DNA from: the human T2T-CHM13v2.0 reference genome, Homo sapiens
NCBI RefSeq assembly: GCF_009914755.1
Contig: NC_060927.1
Reading direction: 5' to 3' (one strand)
Length of the DNA: 64,000 nt
The position numbers and the translations under genes are program-made. Below, in pieces: positions 53,279 to 64,000 of the stretch. Below the pieces are notes generated by a model, which was given only the letters and a program-made list of their open reading frames with translations, was not told the DNA's origin and made no database searches. Position 1 is the first letter of the stretch. Each line of letters begins with the position of its first letter.

Positions 53279-56180
53279 GTAACGGAACCAATTTAATAGG
53301 AAAAACTGACCTATTGGTAACATTAAAATGCATCAAAAGTCAACTACTTCCTTATTGTAAGATTTATTCCACTCCATCTATTTCTGTAACATTTTAAATG
53401 TGTTAATATTAAATACAAAATTCAAAAAGGATTTGGAAATACTTTTGCTTTGCTGCAAAAATGATAAGAAAATTCATGAATTTTAAAAAGCTTTAAAGAC
53501 ATGAAAGAAAACTCAATTATATCTAGGGCTTTCATGAGAAGTTCACTCTACTAGGAAACCAAGTCTATTACATTAAAAACCTTGACTTTTAGAAATGATC
53601 TTTTTTATATATATCAGGAATAACATATGAAGTGAATGCAATCTTAAAATGCTTCTTGATATTTCACTCTGTAAAATCATTCACTGATGGAAAGTAAGCA
53701 CGTCTCCTGAATAAGCCACTTTAAGGTTGCACAAGGTATTATTTTTAGAATGAAGAAAATGTGTAGTGAGATAAACCATATGTTTATGCATTTCACATTG
53801 CTGCATCTAGTAAATGCTTCTCTTCCAAGAAATGCAGTTATTTTTTCTGTTTATTTCTTTGGCTTCCTCTTGCCTTGTTCATCAAACGAAAGAGTTGCAT
53901 TGGTACTCTTCTATGATGATCCCAGGACTAAGGTATAACCTATTTTCAGGGATTTAAATGTACCAATTTTTTTAAAGAAAACTTTAAATCCTAAAATGGA
54001 CACAATGAATTTGGAGAAAACTAAAAATTCAGTCTTTCTATTCAAATAGATATACACTGTTGGACACACAAGAAAATGCCTCTTACATGACTGTGTAGAC
54101 CGAGCTACTACAAACTGAAGTCTGGTCTCTGCATTTCACTGGGTCTTCTCAGAAGACCACTCATATCTGTATTTACCGTGATGACATCTTTCATCCTAGG
54201 AGATATTTTACCACAATCCCGCTTAATTCATTTTTATGCCAACAGCTTCCAAACTTTCACAGATTTTACACAATGTGTTAGAGTTCTACAAACACTGATG
54301 GGAACTGGTTTATGACAGGATAAAGCAGCATCAGCGCCTATGATTTTCCTCTGTATTCCTCCCTGAATTACTCAATGTGTGATGCATGAGCCCATTTTTC
54401 AGTTTTTCTTCTTATCCAGGGGCTGGTCTGCTTGCCAGCCTAATTAAGATTTAAGAGCTGCAGATACACCGCTGTGATTTGAAATCCAGATCCAACCGAA
54501 GGTGACAGAGCACAAGTTAAAATCTTCAAATGCAGAGAGCTGACTTATTAGTGCACTATTATGTTAAGCCCCTTTGCCTGAATTTCCAGCATAATCTCCT
54601 TCAGGGTAAAATTCTGCATATTTTTGCATATTTCACTAATGATACTGAACTCTTTTCCATTAGGAATGCAGTAACAAATTGCAATAATGATGAAAAACAG
54701 TCAGCTATAGTCTGTGTAGTTCTTTTATTAAATATTATAATGTCAAAGATGATAAATACGTCTATAAATCAAGAGAATGCCATTTTGCACTTTTACATGC
54801 TCACCTGTGACATGTTAGGCTGCCTGATGTGACTGCAGCTCAAGCAGTCTGTATTTCTCCTGTAGCTAGTGTAATGTTCATTCCAAATGAAGCTTTTATT
54901 GCTGAGAAAAAAAGTCTGGTTTTCTCCTTGAATTCACTGCTTAATTACTGCCATATATAAAAACCTCAGGGTGTTTAAGTTTGTATTCCATGATGAGTTT
55001 ATCCTATGAATAATACATCTCTTTAGTAAAAGAAGTTGTGTTCTACACAAAAGTAGCCAAATACAAACTCACTTTTTTTTTCCTTTCTCTTCCACAATAA
55101 CTTTGTGGAGAAGGTGTGATCAAAGATTTAATTTGCTTTCTATGGTATGTGAGTAAGTGCTTATAAGTGTGTGTGTGAGAGAGTATGTGTTAGATGTGTG
55201 AGTGTATTAGAACGTGGGTGTGGGTGCTTGTGTAGGGAGTGAGTACGTGTATAAATGTGTGAGAGTGTAGATAAGGTTGTAAGTGTGATATAGTGTGTGT
55301 GCATGCATGCATGCAGACATGTATGAGAATAGCCCTGAGGTAGATGTATATAGAGACTGAATATTAGAGAAATCAGCATGCCAATGAATGTTGTTCTAAC
55401 ATGCTTATGTTTTCCTCAGACACTTAATGCTAGTTTAATGGCGCTGAATGAGGTGGACAATAAAACAGGCATTATTTCTATGAGCTTTTTATGTTTTTAA
55501 CATGGTAAGTGCCCATACAGTGGATGCGGATCATACCACCAGTTACTTTGGGTTCTAAATATATTTGTGGTGTGAATAAATTAGTCATTACCTCCCCCTG
55601 AAATGCTGTTAGTTATTTTCACTTTCATGAAACTAATGACCATTTTATTAAAGAGATCTAACAGTTACAGGAGGCAGCATGGGTTACACAGTCCCTGAAA
55701 CCCTGAAACCAATCAGAATATTGGGTTCCAGTCCCTGCAACTCTGAAGCCAATCAGAATATTAGTTCAATAACAACACTGGGATGGGCTGGTAAGCCTGT
55801 ATGTAAAATTATGCAGGATTTTACTTGGATATATTGCACTTCACAGCTGCCACATTAGGGAATATATCAGCAGTTATCCAGGGACAGAGCCCATTTTTTT
55901 GTAAAGAAATAAGCATGTTAACTACAATTAGTTGTTTTTATAACAACTAATTTGTGAGGGATCTCTTAAATTTTGAAATGATGTTCTATGAGTGGAAAAG
56001 GCTAAAAAAAAGAAGAAAATATCAGCAGTTCCATATCCCATAATCTCAGTACTGGATAATATGTATATTTGCAGGTCTGCTGTTAATATTTCTTTCTTCC
56101 TACAACAAACACCTATCGAATGCCTATTACTTCTAATCACTTGGCTAAAAATTTAGATTCAGTAATAATAATAATAATAG

Positions 56181-56522
<342 letters not shown>

Positions 56523-56545
56523 ATGCAAGGCATCTTTCTAAGCAG

Positions 56546-56722
56546 TAGCCTGTATTTTGTGTGGTCTCATTAGCTAAGAATGGTTTTTCACATTTTTGAA
56601 AGGGTTGTAGGAAAACAAGAAACTAACTAACAAACAAAAACTAAGAAGAATGTATGACAGAGACAGCAAAGCCTAAAATATTTACTATCTGTCATTTTAC
56701 AGAAAAAAGTTTGCTGATCCCT
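56546..56722. mobile_element. hAT-Charlie MITE (MER58-like), followed by a MIR fragment
   Basis: gctaagaatggtttttcacatttt...gcaaagcctaaaatatttactatctg...ttacagaaaaaagtttgctgatccct. Confidence 0.75.
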
Positions 56723-58083
56723 ATTATAAAGTTTTAATGTATATTAATTCATTTGATCCTCACAACCCTATTAATAGTATTATTTTCATTTAATAGATTA
56801 AAAACAGAGGGTTTTAAAGCCTTTGTCCAGGTTACCCACCTGATAAATGGAAGAAGAATGTTCAAAATCAATCAGTCTTACTCTAAAGACAAATTATCAT
56901 GATCCCTGCTCTGGAAACACACAACTTTCTTCTAATCTGAGGAATAGGTATATTTAAGAGGAAAATAATATGCTGGTTTGTTGCTTCATATGTGGAACTG
57001 AGTGTGTGTGTATATAAACACACATGAATAAATATGTATACAAGCACAACATATAATTTTCTCTCTCGAAACATTAGTCCTTTTTCCTTATGCATTTAAT
57101 CAAGATCAAGATATTAATTTTAGATGTGACTTTTGTGATTCATTTTTTTCACATTCAGTTCTATGTTTATTTAAAGTGACCCATGCTAACAAAATTCAAC
57201 TGTATCAGCACTTTTTGCAATGAACCTCATTTTAATAATTTTCATTGTAATCTATGCTCATAATGCACACCTATTTGATTGTAATAAAATACAACATATT
57301 TATTTATTGCAGCTCATTGCACTCTGTTTGGGCTAGAAAGTAAACATAAAGGCTTGTTTCTGTCTTCAGGAATAAGCCTGTAATTTCTTCCTAAATGCCA
57401 AACCGTTGGGTAACGGGGAGGGAGAGGGCTACAATACTTCTTTCTGTAATTTCCATGGCAGGAGTCAATGGTAATTGTTTCCCAAATTTCATGACACCAC
57501 CAGGAAAAAAGAAACAGAAGGCAGTAGGAGAGAGTGCAGGGGGAAAATGCCCTCAACGTGTAGCAAAGATTCTAACTGCCTCAGTGATCACAAAAAGGAA
57601 GACTGAGATTGTGTGCTGTTCAGTGAAACAAGTAAAAAGTTTCCTTGACTGCTGGACCCCACATGAATATCACAGCTGAAAGGAAATCATGGCTCTATAT
57701 TTTGTGTTACGTTTTTGGAGGTTTGTTGTGGAACTCCCACAACAGATCAGTATGGAAACAATGAAACCTGGTGGCCTCACCATCTGACTCGACCACACAG
57801 CTTTTAGAGCCTCGGCCACTAAAATATTTGACCTGAAACTTTGCTTTTCTACAAAACTTAAAGGAAAATAAGTTTAGTATTAGGGAAAAGTTCAGGGATA
57901 ATGCTACAGTAATCAAATTAATTTCTTAGACTACTTTTACAGGTTTGATGCCTTTAAAGAACAATTAAATGTGTATTTCAAAATTGAACAGATAAAAAGG
58001 GGAAGTGGGATATTACACGTGTAATTTTTATCTGAGTGAAACAAGGTATCAAGCATCGTATGTCCTAATGAAGATATTTTTAA

Positions 58084-58410
<327 letters not shown>

Positions 58411-61066
58411 GATTACACATCCCTTTCTCTCTGAGGCACGCAGGTGGAATTGTTGCACATTCAATATGTTTGAGTGAAAGAAGAAGTTCTGTAGATTTGA
58501 CATGTTTTTCTACGTGTAGGCAAAGGTCAATATTTGGATTAATTTGTCTAAAGACATTTGTAGCTGCAGCTTTTACTTAATAGGTAGACAAATAACATTT
58601 AATAGGAAAAGTTCATAGATTAAATATTGGTTGAAAAAATGGAGAATGGCTAGTTTTTGTATCTCATAAAAATGGTAATGCAACAATTAGCAGGGTCATC
58701 TTATAAAGCACAGACTTTAGCTTAATGGATCTAAGGATAAGCATTTATCAGCAAGGAAAGATTTAGCATAAAATGACATGTAAATGAATTGATGACTGAT
58801 CATAAATTAATTTTAGTGCTGAAGATGTAATAGAGACACAGCAAGATGCCACTTTATCATGATATTTTACTGCTCAGTAACATCTGAGCAACAACTTAAT
58901 GTCCTATGTGCAGTACTACTTTAACAGCTTGAATACATTTGAGATTTTTTTTTGCCTTTTCTGCAATTTAAATCAGGGAAATTTGGAAAGATTGAAAATG
59001 TAAACACAAATAAATTTGGCTATCTAACATAAATTCATTGTTCATTAAATGTTTAAATATGTATTGATTATGTTTGGGGCTGAAACATGTCAAATTGGTA
59101 TGGAGTGCTTATTAATTTGTAAGAAGCCTCTAGCCGAATTGGTTTTACCTGGTGTTCATTTTAATTTTCGTGTTTATACTTATGTTTGTGAAAGAAAATC
59201 AGTTATCACAAAAGTGACTTACTTTTAAATTTGTAGATTAATGTTTTTATTTTCATTCATTCATTATCTTTTCTTCTCTCTCTCTCTTTTTGTGGGGGGG
59301 GGGTAATTGTTTACCTAAATCTTCAGCTCATTGCTCTTGTTTAAATCTCAACATTTTTCCTTTTTTCAGAAAGGCCACTAGACGTAAAATCAGTAGATGT
59401 TCAATACATTTTAGCCATTTTACAGAAGGAATTCTAACATCTTATATACTATTTGATTCATGGAATGTGGCCAAATGTCTTTTAAAAATATTTACCATAA
59501 ATATGCCCATTCCATACATCTTAACCAAACTGTAGAGGAAGGGATGTCGAAAATCCCAGACAGAGAGGCAGAGAGACAAAGAGAAGGAGAGAGAAAATTT
59601 CTTTCTATGTTCCTTGCCCTCCGTTTTGAAGGCAAACACAACTACACTAACGTGAGACACTTCCCTCTCTTCAGATTGGGTCATGAGATTTCCTGTTGCC
59701 CAATATGGCCAAGTATCTGTGGTCACATATCTTTAATTCTGAAGTCATCTATCTAGTCTCTTTGCTCTTACAAGAAGTACAAAAGAAAGAATAGCTGACG
59801 TTCTTTCTGTATTTACCAATACTCACTTGAAGCCCTGGCTTCCATGTGACTCTCTCTTCCCAGAGGGAGACAAAAAGCAGCAGGGAAAACTTCATGAATA
59901 ATTGGGAGTTTTAAGGACATACAAGGAGCATTAAAGGCTGGGAGAAAGGCAGAGCAAAGACACAAAGGCTGGAAGTAGTCCATTTGTTTAGAGTATCACA
60001 AGTGTGTGTGTGGAAATGCTCGGATGAAGAACTGTCAAGTTACCACAGGGAGATAAACAGGGTTATCTGAGGCGGAAAGTTAGGCTGATTCTCTGCTAGG
60101 AGGTCTCACAGGATATCATTTCTTTAGTGATGCTACCGTGGTGTAGGATTTACTGGTTTCACCTGTCAATAGCTACACCACAGTCAGTTTTATAGGTTCA
60201 GAGACTAAATGTGTCACTATGCTAGATCCTCAGGCTGGAATTACACAGCAAGCAGACATAGACAGGAAACGAAAGAAACTCAACTATTTTTAGGCTGGTT
60301 ATAGTGGAAAAAGAAAAATTTTAGAAAACAAATCACTGGGCCAAGTGCATTAAGATGGATAAATGAGGATGGAAAAGTTACACTCCAAAGAAACTTAGCT
60401 GCCACTTAATGTAAATTTTTTATCTTAATTTGAATAAGATATTGCTAAATATCAATATTCAAGTATATCAAAGCATAACCAATACACATGCATATATATC
60501 ACATATATGTATACTATTTATATAGTGTCATCATATTCCTTATTTAATAAACTTTCTAAGAGTTCTTATAAGAAAATTCTTTCTATAGTTAAAATAAGGA
60601 CATTGCTAAGAAATTACACATCAAATAATGTCATACACAGAATTATAGAATAATGAAAACGTTGAATGCATTTAATTCCATATGCCTACTGTTTATTGAA
60701 TTTCTAATGTACAATGTCACTGGACAATAAATATGAAAATAAACATGAAATAGTTCCTAATCTCCAGAATTCCATTGTCTAGGAGAGGAAACACATGTGC
60801 AGTAGACCATAATATATAGAGAGAACTGATATGCGAGTTTATGTGTAGTGTTTGGAAACCAAAGGAGGTAGAGAGATTGATTCTCGCTGTAATAGGACAG
60901 AATCATGGTGATAACAGAAATGGCATTTAATTTAGACTTTAAAGTTTGTCAGTGGTTAATAGTGTTAGTGGCAATATCTCTGTCTAAAGAATGAAGGATG
61001 ATGTTACATAAATGAGCAAGGAGACACACAGGCTGTAAGAGTGAATGAGGACTAATACACAGCAGG

Positions 61067-61423
61067 TATATTAGTCTGTTTTCACACTACTGTAAAGATA
61101 TTACCGGAGACTGGGTAATCTACAAACAAAAGAGGTTTAACTGACTCACAGTTCCACACGGCTGGAGAGGCCTCAGGAAACTTACAATCATGGCAGAAGA
61201 CAAAGGGGCATGTCTTACAAGGTAGCAGGAGAGAGAGAGCAGGGGAAATGCCAGAGATTTATCGAACAACCAGTTCTCATGAGAACTCCCTCACTATCAT
61301 GAGAACAGCATGAGGGAAACCGCCCCCATGATCCAATCACCCCCCACAAAGTCCCCCCCTTGACACATGGGGATTACAATTCGAGATGAAATTTGGGTGG
61401 GGATGCAGAGCCAAATCATATCA
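61067..61423. mobile_element. Solo MaLR LTR (MSTA/THE1 group)
   Basis: tatattagtctgttttcacact...aaagaggtttaactgactcacagttcc...gagccaaatcatatca; imperfect 5-bp TSD gcagg/gtagg. Confidence 0.92.
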
Positions 61424-61649
61424 GTAGGCTAGCCTAGATATGGAAGGGTTGCAAATATTTAATTAGAAGTTTAGATATGGCATTGGCTAGCTGGGTAAGG
61501 CTTTAAACAGAGGAACACATGTATGTAAGTGCTTCACAAAAATAATGTAGAAAGCAATGAGGAAGATAGAAGAGACTAGAGGGAAATCAGGTAGGAGGGG
61601 TTTAGGAGTAAAACAAGATGAAGATTAAAGAGATGCTTATTTGGAAAGT

Positions 61650-61693
61650 AAGAGCAGGTATTTAGAAATACAAGAGCAGGCATTTAGAAATAC
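61650..61693. repeat. 22-bp tandem duplication aagagcagg(t/c)atttagaaatac
   Basis: Direct read. Confidence 0.9.
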
Positions 61694-63319
61694 AGAAAAC
61701 AGCACAGGGAAGGGACTGGGAGTGAACTTTCAAATGTTTTTAAACTATCCTCCGTTCCAGAGTTTCATATTCTTTTGTGACCCCCTCACTGAATTTCTTT
61801 GATTTTTTTCTTATCTAGTATAGCATTATATTGCAAAGCCTACTGCATTATTTCTTCTTTCATTTTGGATCGTTGGTCCTTGACTTGTGGTTATTAACCC
61901 AGAAATGATTCTCTCAGAAGAGGCTCAGTTTCTGGTGTTATCTCGGCTTCCTTGCAGTGGCCTGTGTCAAGGGAATTTGTTTGAAAAGTAAAAAGTGTAT
62001 CTCTGTGCTTTTGGCAACCAGAATCAAAACTCTATCTTTCTTTGCTACACTTAACACCCTTTTAACTTCTCCGATCATTCTAACCAGTTCAGCTTCTGTT
62101 TTCTCTGTATTGAAAGTGCATGAATCCGTGTCATTGTATCCTGGCCTCTTGACTAAAATTACAAATACAGCATCAAGGCAACACTCCTAACTATTCTGTT
62201 GTTGCTTAAATATTACAGAAAAAAATTAAATGGTCTATAGCATTTGACTTTCATCTCTTTTATGTAAATATGTATTTGGTTTATTTAGAAATCTTAAATT
62301 AGTTTCTTACAAATATTTTTTGCCCCTCTTCTAACAAATTTAGGATAAGCAATACTTGGTAGTTTTTTGTGTCATGAATTAATGGTATACCAACATAAAT
62401 CTTGTAATATTAATTTTATTAAGTAGGAGGTTATGTTCTCAGTCTGTTTTTGTCTAAGAAAACATATAAAATTGTAAATGACTTGCTAGAAAATTAAGAA
62501 AAAATGTTTCTGAGTATCCTCACAACTTACAGCTCTTTAAACGTAAAATTAAAATTATTTTCCTCTATTCTCATGTTGCATTTTGCAGAAAAAATTCATA
62601 TTAATGCTGATGATAGTCCTTATAAGTGTTACTTTTTAATATAAATATCAGTATTAAAGAGAAAACTGGAGTTCTTAAATAACTTAAAAGGCAAAGTAAG
62701 CAGAAAGAGCATTTAAATTAATAGAACTTCTTTAAAATACATTTTTTCTTATGTTCTAAGTTCATTTGCTTTGATATTGTTTATACATTTTTTGTTTGTG
62801 AATTTTTGTTGTTATTTGTAATTAAGTTTAAATTTTAAAATCTTGAAATAATTTTTGCCCTTTTATGATATACAGTGTAGTTTCTATGCAGATTATCATT
62901 GGAGTCTGCGTTAAATTCAAAATATATTCACACTATTTCTTCAACTGAGTCTTTGATAAGTTTAAGTACACTAAGTTTGTTTTACTAAAAGTGTTAATTT
63001 CTGAATTATAGTAACTTAAAATACACATCGCAGCTCTCTTTTGGAAAACGATTGTGTAATAATTTAAACAATGTAAGAGTTGAACAGTGCAGCACATGCT
63101 TTGCTTATGTGCTGCAAACAGATACAGGTTTCAAATGAGCTTCATTCTTCTGCACAAAAAATGTTTAAAATGTACATGATACTTGCATTTGGCTAAAGAA
63201 ATCATGATGAAACTTCAAGGAAGAAGCATGGACAACTTACTTGCTCATTAGTATAGTGTGTACAAGCAGATGAGATTTTCAATATATACAACTCACTAGA
63301 CAACTACATTTGTTTTTAG

Positions 63320-63502
63320 GTTCAATGGTAAATGGATGGGGCTCTGCATCTGATGAGGATCGTAACTTTTCTAGTCATAGATCTAGTGTAGGTAGCTCCT
63401 CAGATGGCTCTATCTTTGCCAGCGGCAGTTTTGCACAAGCACTGGTGGCAGCAGCAGATAAAGCTGGTTTTAGGCTGGATGGAACCAGCCTTACAAGAAC
63501 AG
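63320..63502 (+). CDS. ROBO2: ROBO2 alternative cassette exon (183 nt, 61 aa): (G)[60 protein letters not shown]
   Basis: Acceptor tgtttttag|, donor ACAG|gttggt; symmetric phase 1; homologous to the recalled ROBO1 segment GSMINGWGSAS...SSSDGSFF..ADFAQAVAAAA; as recalled, the common ROBO2 reference goes SVTG-KAFT without it. Confidence 0.9.
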
Positions 63503-63529
63503 GTTGGTAGACTCCAAGTCAACACTCTT

Positions 63530-63535
63530 TGCATG
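63530..63535 (+). promoter_or_regulatory. RBFOX motif TGCATG 28 nt downstream of the 183-nt cassette exon
   Basis: ctctttgcatgagag; a second GCATG at 63619-63623. Confidence 0.6.
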
Positions 63536-64000
63536 AGAGAATCTTGTCCTTGGACACTGTCCTCTTTTCTCCTGTTCTTTCTCCTTAGTGAGTCTGACTG
63601 TAGGGCTTTCTTTAATACGCATGAATACAGTTTGGATGCTCCATTACCCAAACTCTCTTCTGATGCTAGTTTTGCAGAGCCAAGAATAGACTCCTCCTCA
63701 ACACTTTCTCTTATTTTCCTTTCTCTTCACGGCTTTACTGATTAATTGGAATATGCTTCCTTTTTATATTACGGCAAAGCAGCAACTAAGATTGCCATTA
63801 AATTTTCAATAACACATTTTGCAAAATCCTCATACAATTAATAATGTACCCAGTGATTAAAATTACTCAGCTTTTATCTCCATTACTTTCCTTTGCCTCA
63901 TCTCTTTCTGCAAATGCATTTTCTGGGAAGGTTTCCTTAGCATGGGGTGAATGGGTCTAAGGTTGTCGGTCTTACCAGTTCAAATAGCTTATGATCTTTT

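Overview
AT-rich, CpG-depleted primate genomic DNA (Alu and L1PA present; very probably human) from the middle-to-3' part of ROBO2 (Slit receptor, Roundabout homolog 2), transcribed on the + strand. Ten constitutive GT-AG exons join with fully consistent phases (0-1-0-1-1-2-1-1-2-2-1). They encode the end of FN3 repeat 2, FN3 repeat 3, the transmembrane helix and the cytoplasmic CC0-CC3 motifs; from memory they are about exons 14-23 of the 26-exon reference. The gene extends past both window ends. Three further symmetric phase-1, frame-preserving exons are visible, two of them absent from the ORF track: a 126-nt cassette (33781-33906), a 183-nt cassette (63320-63502) and a candidate 27-nt juxtamembrane microexon (21286-21312). 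Each is flanked by RBFOX (TGCATG) and/or NOVA (YCAY) type motifs. Introns carry ordinary L1, L2, MIR, Alu, LTR and DNA-transposon fragments and microsatellites. I see no unrelated novel gene or system; the most interesting layer is a modular splicing code for the ROBO2 tail. Repeat subfamily calls and comparisons to reference proteins are from recall, not from searches.
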